The notes under the pieces were generated by a model, which was not told where the DNA came from, ran no database searches, and saw only the letters and a list, made by a program, of their open reading frames with translations. 64,000 bases of DNA from Octopus sinensis (lineage: Eukaryota), in NCBI RefSeq assembly GCF_006345805.1, contig NC_043015.1, forward strand, positions 23,870,001 through 23,934,000. The letters are read 5' to 3'. Below are positions 51,013-63,875 of this stretch, in pieces. The stretch's first letter is position 1. Every line of letters starts with the position of its first letter. The position numbers were made by a program, and so were the translations under genes.

Positions 51013-54000
51013 TTTTTTTTTCTTCTTTCAAATTTTCTTCCATTTCTTGCCGAGTGTCTTCCCGACTCCTAGGGCAAAGAAACTCATAGTGTATATTGGT
51101 AAGCCATTAAACCAAAAACAGTAGTTCGTTCATTTTTTTTTTTTTTTAAGTTAAATTAAAATGCATGAGCAGCAACAGTTCTCACATCGACAATGCTCTT
51201 CTCAATACGTGTGATGTACCAGTTAAGACAATCTTTTGCACTTCTTGCAGGGATGGTAAGCCAGGGATCATTCTCAGATAATTTTCGGTTCCCTTCTTGA
51301 TCATTCCTAGTGCTCCTACGATCACTGGTATTGTCACCCTCTTGAGATGCCACATTTTCTCAATTTCAATGAGTAGGTCTTTATATTTTCTGAGCTTGTC
51401 AAACTCTTTCGCTGAGATATTATGATCACAGGGGATGCTCATGTCGATCAATAAGCAAACTTTATTGTTTTGGTCTTTCACAACAATATCTGGTTTATTG
51501 GCCTTGATGGTTCGGTCTGTATGTACTGGAAAGTCCCACAGAATGGTTACATTTTCTCCATCAGTTACAGCCTCAGGGTGGTGATTATACCACTTTTCGG
51601 CAGTTTTGATATTGTAATGCCGACTTATTAGCCAGTGGAGATATTGGCCAACTCTGTCATGTCTTAATTTATACTCCACTGGTGCTAAGACTTTACATCC
51701 AGAGATTAGGTGGTCCACTGTTTCAATCATGTCGTTGCACTATCGGCATTTTGGGTCTGCTCCATTTTTCATCACATTGGCCTGGTAGTTCCGGGTTAAT
51801 AGGCTTTGGTCTTGAGCAGCCAGGATGAAACCTTCGCTCTCTGCTTTTAGCCCTGAGCTCCGCAGCCACTGATGGGTTTGCTTCTGGTCAACATCAGCTT
51901 GTTTGCTGCGGGTCACATATTTGCCGTGCAGAGGTTTCTCCTCCCACCTATCAGCCAATTGCTCGGACGCTTTTTTCATTGCCATCATTTTCACCTTCTT
52001 TGCAACAATAGTTGCCGTACTTCCCTCGGGTTGTTCAGTTTGGGTATCCTGCACGAGATCAATAGCAAATTTTTTGCTTTCCTTGATGATAGAATGAAGC
52101 TTCTTTCGTCTCTCGTGATTTTCCACGAGCTTTAGCATCCAGTCATTCGATATTTCGAGATATTTGGCCAGTCCAATTGTGGTTGTTTTGTAAGCTAGTT
52201 CAAATTGGATCAGGCCTCGACGTCCTTGGGCTCTGGGAAGGTAAAGGCGATCTACGTCTGCCTTTGGGTGGTGCATCCTATTACAACTCAGCAGCTTGCG
52301 TATTTTTCTATCTATATTCTTTACTTCACTCATATTCCAGTTCAACACATTGTAGCTATAAGTAACAACTGGAACTGCTAGGGAATTTATAGCTAACACA
52401 TTGTTACGTGCATTTAGTTCAGATTTCAGGACTGCACGAACTCTCCTATAACATTCCTTCCTGATTTTCTCTTTCATGCTTGCATGCTGGATACCAGAGC
52501 CTTCATTTATCCCTAAATATTTGTATGTTTGTTCTTGCTCAAGCTCTCTTATGACTGTGACAACATCTAACACGACTGAATTTGTGGTCTTCACTTTCCC
52601 TTTCTGGAAAGTGGCCTTGGCACACTTCTCAAGTCCAAACTCCATCCCGATGTCATCGCTGAATGATTTCACGGTGCGCAATAGGCCTTCAAGTTCATTA
52701 TTGTCTTTACCATAAAGTTTTAAGTCATCCATATAAAATAGATGGCTTATTTTTTTATTGGCAATTTTATACCCATACCTTGTTCTGTTTAATTCACTTG
52801 TAAGGGGTATTAGGGCTATGCAGAATATTAAAGGTGAAAGTGAGTCACCTTGAAAAATTCCACAGTTGATGTTTATATTTTCTGAGGCAAGTACTTCATT
52901 AGAGTGGTATAATTGGAGATTCGTATTCCACAACGACATATTGTGCTTCAGGAAGTTTGAAATCACAGGGGAAATTTTGAAGATGTCCAGCGATCTCAAG
53001 ATCCATGGATGCGGTATACTGTCGAAGGCCTTTTTATAGTCAATCCATGCGGTGCTGAGATTTCTGCGCTTGTTGTGACAGTTCTCAAGGATCATACGAT
53101 TGATTAGCAGTTGATCTTTGCATCCGTAAGAGCCTCGGCAGCACCCTTTTTGTTCAATGGGGAAAATATCGTTCTTCTCCATGAATGCATATGTTTTCTC
53201 CGCCAGGATAGATGTTAGGATTTTATACGTGGTGGATAGACAGGTTATAGGCCGATAGTTTTTTGGAAGGTTGGTTTCGTTATTCTTTGGGAGTAGGTAA
53301 GTAATGCCACTTGCTAACCATTCAGGTGTTTTCTTTGGGTCTCTCATAAATCCATTGAGCAGCTGAACTAGCTTACCGTGTGCGCACGGGAGCGATGCGA
53401 GCCAGAAATTCGGCACCCTATCTTTACCGGGGGATTTCCAATTATGGGCCTTCGTGAGTGCCTTTCTTAGGTCTGCTATTGTGATGACTTCCCATGCTTG
53501 TTGTTGAAAAGTTTGGTAGGATCCTTCAGTTTGTATAATCCAGTCTGCATGTATGTTGTACGTCTTCTTGTCACTCCAAATCCTTCTCCAAAAGTTTTGA
53601 ACTTCTTCCATGGGAGGGGGGTCTTTAATGGTTACTTTCTCCTTCCCTATTTCTCTGTAGAATTTTTTGGCATTGGATGTGAACAGCTTATTTTGCTTGT
53701 AAAACTTGTTTCTCTTCTCAAATCTTCGTATTCTTTGGGCTTTTGCTTGGACTTTTTGTTTCAGCGTTTCTTTTATTGATATCAGTTCTTCTTTTGGTGA
53801 GGATCCAAATTTTCTCTTCATCTTTCTTCCTGTTCTGGATCTTACATCATTTCCACATATTAGTTCATTTAATATTGATATTTCCCCTCTCATAAATTCA
53901 ATCTCTTTTTCAATTTTACTTCTCCAGGTTTGATTTCTTCCCGGGTTTTGTTTTCTTTGTTTTTTCGGGGGCATACAGCTGGTTTCAATTGCCCTAGCAG

Positions 54001-54985
54001 AAGCGTAAATAATTTCATTTAACTCAGTAAAATCAGGTTTTAATTCTCGTATTATTTCATTTGTTACATAGTTGCCAATTTGGATTTGTTTTTTATTTTG
54101 GTTTGTATTTGCGAGTTTATGAAGCGGTTCTCTATCATTCATACTTGTATGTCTTACAACTTCAAGCGTATTCAGGATTTTCTGCCTCATTTCTGCTATA
54201 GACTCTCTGTGTTCTTCAGCAAATGCGAGATCTTCAGTTACTGTTGTTTTTTCGTTTTCCTGGCTATCTTTAACAGGTACAATAGAATTTCTTGTGTCTT
54301 CAGGCCTTTGCGTACTTTGGTCAGATGGCAGTCTTTCAATTAAGCCTCGTGGCGGGCTATACTGTTCATCTGATTCTTCATTTCCTTTGTGTCTTATATT
54401 TATGTCATTTTCCGTTGCGTGCTTGATCGCGCTTATTTCACTGTCTGTGAGTCTGTTATTTCTAAAGATATCCCTCCTCACATTTGCTAATTTGTTCTCG
54501 TCCAAATAGGGCCTACTGTCTTGATTCTATGTTCTCCATATACTGTAAGAGTTTGCGGTGTGTCTCTCTTGAGATGGCCTACCTAATGCATAGTAATAAG
54601 CGTATATTACTTCTTTATACTCTTCTCGGGTCCATTTGTTCCGCTTACATTTTTCTTTCTGTGGTGGTTGTGGTGGTGAACTTGGAGGGCTCGAGTTGGG
54701 GGATTTCCTGTTCAAGTGACCATCCATGTCCGTGTTCGGAGAAGAGTTTGTGCCAGTTGATGACTTTTCGATCCCAGGCTGGCTCTTCCCTGGGGGACGC
54801 GCTTCCAGATTAACCATAGGACAAGCGATTTGGTATACTGATTTAGTTTTCCTTTTAGTTTCCAAAAACATTTTGGTGCTACGATAATGTTATCATTTTT
54901 TTAGCTTTGATTGGCTCGTGGGGAGACGGCCATCATTGCCGTTACAATTATAATCGTACCATTATAGCAGCCGTAGTCGGCTTAT
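51013..54985 (-). mobile_element. R4/Dong-clade RLE non-LTR retrotransposon, near full length, inserted in a (TAA)n tract
   Basis: Single long RT-CCHC-RLE ORF. The 3' end (gccctaggagtcgggaagacactcgg..) runs into an A-tract and then (TAA)n. TAA-rich flanks on both sides. Confidence 0.9.
51182..54871 (-). pseudogene. R4/Dong ORF: RT, CCHC zinc finger and restriction-like endonuclease
   Basis: KSPGKD, YRPITCL, WIDYKKAFDS, GIFQGDSLSP, HLFYMDDLKLY; CR*C..ETVDHLISGC; RHD; KPDIVV..LIDMSIP..KY. Disrupted near 54510-54530 and by a stop at 51740. Confidence 0.92.
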
Positions 54986-55179
54986 TATTGTTATTATCAT
55001 CACCATTACCATCACTATCATCATTATCACCACCATTACCATCATCATTATCATCATCACCATCACAGTAGTGTCTGTCTGTCTCGTTGGGTGGCTGACT
55101 GTCTTTTTTTTTTTTTTTTTTTTTATTTTAGGTGCGGTTCAGATGTTTACTACTATTAGGCTTAAGAAAAATTAAGGAA

Positions 55180-56090
55180 GGGCGGTTCTGTATTGTTTGT
55201 GAATAGAGAAGTTGTGTTCGACCAGAGAGAATCGTAGCATCATCATTTTTTTTTTTTTCCACGTGCGTTTGTGTTATTGCAATAAAAAGTGTTTGTATAT
55301 TTCCTGTAAGGTAATATTGTGGAGGTTGAAGTTGACTTTTCTAGAGATGTTTGTATGTCCAGTTAGAAGAACAGGTGTGTTTTTATAATAAAAAGTATAT
55401 GTTTACATTTATATATGAATATTCAGGGAGGAAGCAAAGAAAAGTCAGATTTTCATAGAAAGTTTTAGGGTTTTGTAAGTCCACAAAAAGAAAAAAAGAA
55501 AAGCGTGATGTTTTTAGAGAGAAGAAAAAAAAAGGATGTTTACAGAGGCAATTGTGGGTATCAAAGTTTTTAAAGCTGGTCGAATGTATGATTGAAAACT
55601 GTAGATATGTAAATTTGTAAATTTTCTTAACTTATTTTGAAGGGCTGTTCTGTATTATTTGTGAATAGAGAAGCTGTGTTCGACCAGAGAGAATCTTAGC
55701 ATCATTATTTTTTCCATGTGCGTTTGTGTTATTGCAATAAAAAGTGTTTGTATATTTCGTGCAAGGTAATATTGTGGAGGTTGAAGTTGACCCCTCTAGA
55801 GATGTTTGTATGTCCAGTTAGAGGAACAGGTGTGTTTTGCAATAAAGAGTATATGTTTACATTTATATTTGAATATTCTGGGAGGAAGCAAATAAAAGTC
55901 AGATTTTCATAGAAAGTTTTAGGGTTTTGCAAGTCCACAAAAAGAAAAGCGTGATATTTTTAGAGAGAAGAAACAAAAGGGTGCTTACAGAGGCAGTTGT
56001 GGGTATTAAAGTTTTTAAGGCCGATCGGATGTATGTTTGAAAGCTGCAGATATGTAAATTTGTAAATTTCCTAACCCACTTTGAAGAGAA
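55180..56090. repeat. Diverged ~460-bp tandem duplication within the PLE linker
   Basis: gttctgtatt(g/a)tttgtgaatagagaag(t/c)tgtgttcgaccagagaga occurs at about 55185 and 55647, and the two units stay colinear to gtaaatttgtaaat. Confidence 0.85.
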
Positions 56091-56102
56091 TTTCAAATAC
56101 TC

Positions 56103-56179
<77 letters not shown>

Positions 56180-56185
56180 TATTAA

Positions 56186-56231
<46 letters not shown>

Positions 56232-56785
56232 GAGTGAGAGAGCAGTACATGCCATCAAAGTGACACTGGGGTAAAATATACGAAGCCCAATATACCCATC
56301 ATGACTACCCGTCTGATAAAGGTACACCAGGCACATGCATCACAACCATATGTGCGCGACATGGTGATCTCATATCAAGATAAACAGCACATGACCTTGC
56401 AGGTGGGGCCCAGTTAGAATTTTCTTCTGGTTGAGTAGCCCATCCCACTCAAAAGGTCCCTGAATAAGGGTTGTTTAAGGATGTTGAAAGAACCACCCAT
56501 GTTTCCAGAGGTGAATTATTCAAACCCCAAAGAATCCCTCTCAACACATGGCTATGATGCTCCCCCACTACTTCTGCTCGTGATCAGAGATTCACATATC
56601 GTCAGCCACTAAGGGACATGCTTAACTGGTTACGGTCAAACAACTGACAAGCAAATCTGTGGTATTGAGCAGAATATTTGCTGTAGCCCATCTTTTATAC
56701 CAAGACAAAACAATGTACATGATAACACTTCCAATCAGTTAAGATCAGAAGCCATGAGAGCCACTGCCTGGTACTGCATCAGGGC

Positions 56786-56787
<2 letters not shown>
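56232..56787. mobile_element. ~556-bp non-coding element inserted in (ATT)n (SINE-like or non-autonomous)
   Basis: Sharp-edged, higher-GC block between two pure (ATT)n tracts. It interrupts the PLE and has no convincing ORF. Confidence 0.6.
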
Positions 56788-56847
<60 letters not shown>

Positions 56848-57399
56848 TATTATTATTATTATTATAACCAATATCATTATTGATGTTATCATTAATATCA
56901 CCGCCATTACTACTATTGTTACTGTTACTTCTGCTATTTGTCAGGTCATTAGAGATTGTGGTGGTATCTGGGAATTGTTGGTAGAATAGGTTGGGTTGCG
57001 GTTATTACCAGGTGTGATAGTATTTATGGTAGATATGTACGTGTTGATTATTTGTATTAGTATAGATGTTGCTATGTGAATTTTGATAGTAAAGAGAGCT
57101 TTTGCTTATTCGAGGCTGCTACAATAGATTCAAAGTTAGTTGAGTTTGAATAAGGTAGTTTCAGGGTGGATCTATTAAAGATAGAGTGTTATTTATGTTG
57201 TCGAGGGAAGTTAGAGTCAAGAATTCTAAAAAAAGATTTTGCTAGGTTCTTAACATTAAGTGAGAATGGTGGTGTGTACCATAAAATAGAGCAACCGCCA
57301 CTTTTTTTAGGGGGTCTGGAGATGGAGCTATCTAAATTGTTAGATAAATGAGTGTTAGTTAACATATTGTGTAGGTGTGTGATAATCAAGGCCTGTTAT

Positions 57400-58590
57400 T
57401 GTTAGTTATTTTATTTGTTTTAGTATTTGACCTATTGTTAAATGAATGTGTGTGGGGTCTATATTGTCTGGATCCAATGGCTTCCATGGTCCGATCAGCT
57501 GTGTGTATGTTTTGTTGCGGATGTCGTAGTTGTTGCGTGTTTGAGATGTGATTTGAGATAAGTATTGTTTGAGCCTAGTGTTCTGGATGTATTCTATTTG
57601 TTGGGAGAAGCCGCTAGCAACGAGTGCTTGGTTATAATATGGTGCGTGATTATTGAAGATTTCTTCAGTGGAAGAGAGGTCAGATATGCGGGTTGAAATT
57701 CCATTGATTATATTATTAAAAGTGGATTTATGGTGATTGGAATGGATGTTAAAGTATTTAAGGTACTGGTTAGGTTTGTGGTAAGGGTAGTATTGGGATG
57801 TTGACAAGTTTAGGGTTGCGTCCAGAAAGTTAGCAGTTTTGTAGGCGTTTTCGAATGTGATAGATAGGTTTAGGTTAGAAAAGTATTTATGTAGGTCCTC
57901 TCTGGTTCTTTCTAATGAGGATTTATCTATACTTTTAGTAATTAATAAAGCGTCGTCCCTCTATAGGCCTCCCTTGATATTAGGGAAGTGCCTATGGAGC
58001 TGGTGTAGTATGTAAAGCCCAACTAAGTCAGTGACCTGAGCTGAATCTGATGATCCCATCGTTATATCGAATAGGTTGCTACGGTTGATACTATGGTTAC
58101 TGGCCCGGCACCATAGTTTGCTATCAAAAGAAATAAGGGTATTTCGGGCGTTAAGTATAATATTAATTTCAAGTAGGGTTAGGTAAGTAAAGTTCCTAGC
58201 AAGGAGAAGAGCTTGGTTAAATAATTTAGGAGAAATGGAAGAGTAATAGTTGTGAATATCAAATTGTAAGAATGAATATGCGTTTTTGTTATTTATAAGA
58301 TAAACCATGCAATCACTTCACCAGTGTGGGACCAGAGATAACGTCTAATTTTTCTTTGACGATAGGTACTACTCTGTCCAAAATACTTTTGCTTACACTT
58401 CCTAGGTCAGATTTTGTGGGACATATTAAACGTATGGAATGTTTTCTGATAAAGTCCTTCTTGTGATCTTTAGGATTAATGCGTGGTGATGCAGAGCAAT
58501 ATGGTTCCGTTCGGTCGTCGAGTAGCAATTTTCTCATAAGTTTGCAGTGGTTGTTATTAATGTCATTCAGGGCTGATGTTGGTGCCAGCT
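57400..58590 (-). pseudogene. PLE reverse transcriptase, tentatively Naiad-like; 5'-truncated and disrupted
   Basis: KDHK..RLICPTKSDLGSVSKSILD; FLQFDIHNYYSSIS; FDITMGSSDSAQVTDLVGLYIL; GGL*RDD (YRDD with a stop); NFLDATL; PYHKPN..HSNH. Confidence 0.88.
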
Positions 58591-59223
58591 TGTAATTAAA
58601 AGCTACTACTACACTTAGTATTTCCTTACCTCTTAACATCCCCATTCCTCTATCATTTATACTATAACACCTTTCTCTCCCTATCCCCACTCCTACTTTC
58701 AAACTGCCTCCACTGACCACTGACCAACCTATATCTTAATTTTTCTTTTTTCTTTACCTTATTCTCTTTATTCATACCTTCAGGGATTTTTCTTTATTTT
58801 TCTTTTTACTTATCTGCTCTTTTTCTCTTTAATTCTTTCCTCACCTCTGTTTATCTCTTTTTTTTTTGTCATTCCTCTCTTACTGTTTTCAATTTGACCA
58901 AACTAATACACTCCCTATTTCTAGATCAGTTTAAACACAAACCTCGAATCTGCTACACTCTATACAAATTCCCTACTGGGAAGGACCAGCTTTAAGAGAA
59001 TCTTACATTGCTTATAAAATTTACATTTGGATGGACTCATATTAAACTCTGTTGGACTTTTGGATTTTACTCAAAGGATATTGGAATAATACACCTATAT
59101 ACCATTATGCCTATAAAACGGATTTATGAACTCAATAACGATACATATCTTATATCTATTTTCTTTCCTCCACCTCACTCTCTATTTATATCACATCGAA
59201 ACTATAACTTTTCCTCTCACAAC

Positions 59224-59277
59224 GTCCCCGATGAAGGGATATTATCATTAATTAATATTCTAGAAAGAGCTGTAATA
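59224..59277 (+). ncRNA. Degenerate hammerhead-like motif in the pLTR (mirror copy at about 49385-49439, minus strand)
   Basis: gtcc-CCGATGA-a-gggatatt..aatattct-a-GAAA-gagctg-TA-a(g/t)ac. Stem III is one change away from palindromic cagctg. Confidence 0.5.
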
Positions 59278-59343
59278 CCTTCTATCTATAAATGCTCTAA
59301 TATCTATACAGCCTTGTTTTTTTTTATCTCATTACGCCAAAAA

Positions 59344-59400
<57 letters not shown>

Positions 59401-59962
59401 TTCATTGATCACACTGCGAAGCATTCGCCTCCCGATCTGTATATATACATATATATATATATTTCACCTTCCGATCCGTAAAGAATTTGTATTATGTATT
59501 GGGCTGCTTACACTATTACAATTAAAATCACTATTCCTATTACAAAGAGATATTTTGTCTGGAGAAGGAGATGTAGGTCTAGAATGAGCAGAATCGATGT
59601 ATGACACTTTCTCTTTATAGCCAGCTTTTAACAAGGCGGCGTTATAGAAGTCTGCCTTTTGGTTAAACTGCCCTAGCGTGATTACTGTAAAGACTAATAT
59701 ACTTAAGATTTGTGAAAGGTTTATGATATGGGAAGTATGAGTTATTCTGTAAATTGAGGGTAATGTCTAAGAAGTTGGCTTTAGTTAACTCATCGTCAAA
59801 AACGATGCGCAAGCCCATTCTACAAAAAAACCTAACTAATCTATTATTAACCTTCTGTATTTTTTTATTTGAAATGTTTTGGAGGTAAATTAGACAATCG
59901 TCGCGATAAAGACCTCCGCATCGTAATATTATATTGTCTTGTTGTTGAGAGAGGCGCCCTTT

Positions 59963-60044
59963 CTTTCCTGATGAGAAGATTGCATCTTACACAGTTTATT
60001 CCTTTGGAATAAATCCATGTTGTCTTCGAAACATATGTCGAAAG
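59963..60044 (+). ncRNA. Type I hammerhead ribozyme with canonical core
   Basis: Stem I ctttc/gaaag; CTGATGA at 59968-59974; stem II gaagat/gtcttc with an internal hairpin (tttattcc ttt ggaataaa); GAAA; palindromic stem III catatg; GUC site. Same family as 10704. Confidence 0.85.
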
Positions 60045-60546
60045 TAAAGGAATGTTATTAACATCTTCGTTCAACTCCATTTATTTATTCATATATATAT
60101 ATATATATGTATATATTCATAGGTACAGTTACATTACAACCAAGAGAGATGTCGACTCATAGCCATACCAATTTTTATAATAATGTCCAAAACTCGGCAC
60201 ATGAAAAACGTTAGTTCTGGAATCGAATAAACTAGATTGTGACTTTTCGTATTTTCTCTAAGTGATATTTTGTCGCGTTCTTTGATCCGAGAATTTCGTG
60301 TACATAATAATATCTGGCTTTCAATTTCGTGTACATAAAGTGCTGGAAGGTACGTCACACATTCTCCACGATACTGGACCAGAAATATATACTTATGTTA
60401 CATAACGGCATTGTTAAGCATGAATGCTGCTCTCGAGTTTTACCAGAATTAATATGAATGTGTAAGATTAACCTCACCAAATCCTCAGATACATTTACCT
60501 GGTGAATATAAGAGAACAGTTTAACAAGTAGTATTTTCATCTGCAA

Positions 60547-63500
60547 TAGTTAGTTAGTTAGTTAGTTAATTTGGCTCAAAAGCAAATAGCAAGGCCATGT
60601 AGGGGGACATGGAGTTAAGTACAGGGTGGTGTTCATGTAAAGAGTTCAGGCCACTTGAGGTCCAGGGAGGCTTTGAACAAAGCGGTCGTCGGCATCTTCA
60701 CCATCTCGTCTGGCAGCTTGTTCCACGGATCCGCAACCCGGACGGAGAAAGCTCCTCTCCTTCGATTGAGATGAAATCGTCGCAGGTAGAGCTTTTCGGA
60801 ATGACCCCGCAGCCGACGCTCCGGAGCAGGAGTGAAGAACAGCTCTTTCGAGAGGTTACACTTCCCGCTTATGATGTTGTGGGCGAGAATGAGATCACCA
60901 CGGCGGCGGCGTTTTTCAAGAGAACAAAGGTCGAGCGTCCTCAGCCTTTCTTCGTAGGACAAATTTTTGAGGCCATGAACCATGCGGGTAGCCAGCCTCT
61001 GGACTCTTTCGAGGTGCTGTATGTCTTTGAGGAGATAAGGAGAAGAGGCTTGAATCCCATACTCCAATATGGGTCTCACCAGCGTGACATAGAGTGGCAG
61101 GAATATGGCTGCTGTGAGCATTCCGAATGACCTTCGAATCAAAAACAGAATTCCGCGCGCTTTGTTGGCAGCATGGACGCACTGGGCCGAAGGCGAAAAG
61201 GAGGAATCCACCAAGATACCCAGGTCCTTTACCTGATCGGTCCTCTCCAGCAGCAGACGACCCGGCTCGAAATCAAGTTGAGTTGCAGGAGTAGAGCCGA
61301 CAGGCAGATGACAGCACTTCGACACGTTCAGACACAGGTCCCAATCGTTAGACCACTTCCAAATTTGGTGGAGGCATCGACGAAGATCCTCTATACTACC
61401 GCGAGGAGCGACCAGTTTGATATCGTCGGCAAATAGAAGGGTGTGTTGCGTAATGTCGTCGGGCAAGTCATTTATGAAGACTAAGAACAACAAGGGCCCA
61501 AGCACCGAACCTTGAGGCACGCCACTGCTCGCACTAGAGACGTCGGACCGCGAACCATTAACTTGAACTTGGAAGGAGCGATCTGAGAGGAAGGCACCAA
61601 CCCATCGTACAATATCCGGATGGAAACTATATGCTTGAAGCTTGACAAGTAGTAGGCGGTGGTTTACCGAGTCAAAAGCTTTGGCAAAGTCCAATAAAAC
61701 GATGTCAACAGCATCACTATCATCGAGGATGCGCGTCACCAATTCTTCCATTACTAGTAAGTTGGCCAAGCATGATCTCTTCGGCACGAAGCCGTGTTGG
61801 GAATCAGTGATCGAGGCTGTGTCTAGGAGGTGGAGCATCATACTTTTCTTAAGGATGGTTTCGAACATCTTGCTGATTATTGATGTAAGGGAAACCGGTC
61901 GGTAGTTAAGCGGGTCTTCGCGGCTCCCTTTCTTGAAAATTGGGCAGATTATCGCTGTTCTCCAGTCTGCAGGTATAACACCCGTCGCCAATGACATATT
62001 GAATAGTCGTGTTAAGGGCTCGCAGATGACCGGAGCCAACGCTTTGATAACCCGTGGGTGTATGCCCTCAGGGCCGTGACCCTTGTTGACATCGAGGCCT
62101 TGAATAACACGTTTGACTTGGTCCCGCGTGATGATCAATCGAAGCATTGGAGGTACCGATCTATCAAATGGAGGGGGTTCACGACCATCATCTTGTTTGA
62201 AAATAGTTGAAAAAGCCTCGGCAAATAATTGACTCTGTTGATAAGGGTCCTCAATCGATACGCCTGTTGAGTCTACCAACGTTGCAATCTGGTTGTTCAA
62301 GCGGGAATTCCGCTGGACATGGGCAAAGAAGGTTTTTGGACTGCTACTGGCATTTGCCGCGATTTTGTATTCATAACTGAAGCGTTCTTTCTTTTCAATT
62401 TTCACGGCTCAGTCTCGTTGAGTTTTGTACACCTCAAAAGCTGCAGTCGAATCCAGATTTTTGAATTCAGCCCAAGCAATATCTCTGAGTCGACGTTCTC
62501 GTTTAACCTTCTTCGTCACCCAGGGCTTGTGTTTCTTCCTCTTGGGAAGTCCAACGGGAACTGCCTGGTCAGTCAAACAGATTACATATGCTTTGAGGGA
62601 TGACCATAGTTCGTCAACTGAGGACAACGTCATCAGGAACGCCAGTCCAGAAGCGCGGAAGCCTCGGTTAGGATTTCAAGATTAATTGCAGAGAAGACTC
62701 TACGTGGCAGCGAAGTAATCGTGGGCGTGGAAAAAGTTGTGTGCATGACGAACTTCAGGACCGCATGATCACTCTTGGCAAGAGGGGCGCACACAGATAC
62801 GTCTGACACTGATCTTGGATAGCGGGAGAATACCAGATCTAGCATAGATGGCTGCTGCCCAGACCGATGCCTTGTCGGATATTCAACATGTTGCGATAGA
62901 AAACAATCTTCAGCCACGTCAAGAAGGGCCTGGCCGAACCGGGAAGGTGTTGTACAAATTGATGCGGGCCAATCGATCGTGGGAGCGTTGAAGTCGCCTA
63001 GTACCAAGCAGTCATGCGAAGCTGAAACGAATCTTATCGCTTCGAGTAGATGAGCATCGTCCTGGGGGTCGGCTAGAGGCGGCCTGTAGACAGCCAACAC
63101 GGGCAGGCAAAACTCAGATAGGCTCAGCTTGCAATAGATGGCATCGAATTTGGTTGTAGGTTGAGCATTTGTGGGTAGAATACCGCAGGACGGTTTGTGC
63201 TCAGACTTAACATACACAGCAACACCTCCACCTCGCCTTTTTCCTCTGTCACATCTGAAAAGGACGTAGCCCTGCAGGTGGATCTCTGAGTCCTTTACTG
63301 CTGGAGTCAGCCAAGTCTCAGTGATAGCTATCACATCAGGGGAGTCGCGTAGGGCCAGTGTAAATAGTTCACTGAACTTTGGGAATAAGGAGCACGAGTT
63401 GGTGTAGACGATGCTGAGCTGTGAAGTCTGAGGGGCGGGAGTTGGGGAACAAGCAGAATAAAGGGCATCAGAGATAGCATCGTTGACGAGGGTATCAACT

Positions 63501-63600
63501 TCACTTCGATTTGCCCTCACATCACTTTCCCTGTCAGCACTACAGCAATAGGTGGAGTAATTATAGACACTAGAACGATTTTCGATCGAAACACCTGGAA
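60547..63600 (-). mobile_element. CR1-clade LINE (ORF2 region, 5'-truncated) with (TAAC)n tail
   Basis: APE and RT domains; CR1-type C-terminus LEKRRRRGDLI..LRGH..FSVRVADPWNKLP; (TAAC)n tail at 60547-60568 on the minus strand. Confidence 0.9.
60633..63520 (-). pseudogene. CR1 ORF2 (APE and RT) with two frameshifts (about 62633 and 62407)
   Basis: APE motifs ITETWL, RGGGVAVYV, VYRPP, LGDFNA, KSDH. RT motifs YRPVSLTS, QHGF, LDFAKAFDSV, GVPQGSVLGP, LFADD. Confidence 0.92.
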
Positions 63601-63875
63601 AAGCAGAGCAGTAGAGTTGGCTATTACAAGCAAACGTACGCTAAAGCTGATAGTTCTAAATTTCTATTGGTGCAGTCTCAGAGGACGACTGAGTGATTGG
63701 CACCAGAATCCACCATGCAGAAGGTTATGTATGAAACTAGTGGACCAGCACCTATTTGAACCACACTTTGATCTTGAGAATATAAGGCGAACGTAGAGCG
63801 TACAAGTGGCTGAGGAAAGTACAAATAGAGGTAAGTAGACCCCTCCCGTTCACCGAAATCTTTCTTGTCATCATA

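Larger units (their letters stand above)
49330..59334 (-). mobile_element. 5'-truncated Penelope-like element with inverted ~745-bp pLTRs and nested insertions
   Basis: 49330-50076 is the reverse complement of 58594-59334. RT at about 57400-58590, conserved linker (ILWYTPPFS..FPRQH..IFNR) at about 57110-57290, and GIY-YIG at 50421-50900, all on the minus strand. Confidence 0.9.

Noticed and set aside
54890-54985. Possible HDV-like ribozyme at the R4/Dong 5' end (minus strand cgt-ctcccc-acg-agcc..gctaa)
   Set aside because: I could not build P1.1, P2 and P4 convincingly by eye; it needs a descriptor search.
57955-57970. In-frame stop in the PLE RT active site considered as selenocysteine recoding, which is reported for some Naiad PLEs
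   Set aside because: The codon is TAG at the Tyr of YRDD, not TGA at a Cys position, and the ORF has other lesions.
60609-61130. 173-aa plus-strand ORF and other antisense ORFs within the LINEs
   Set aside because: Shadow frames opposite GC-rich RT coding sequence.
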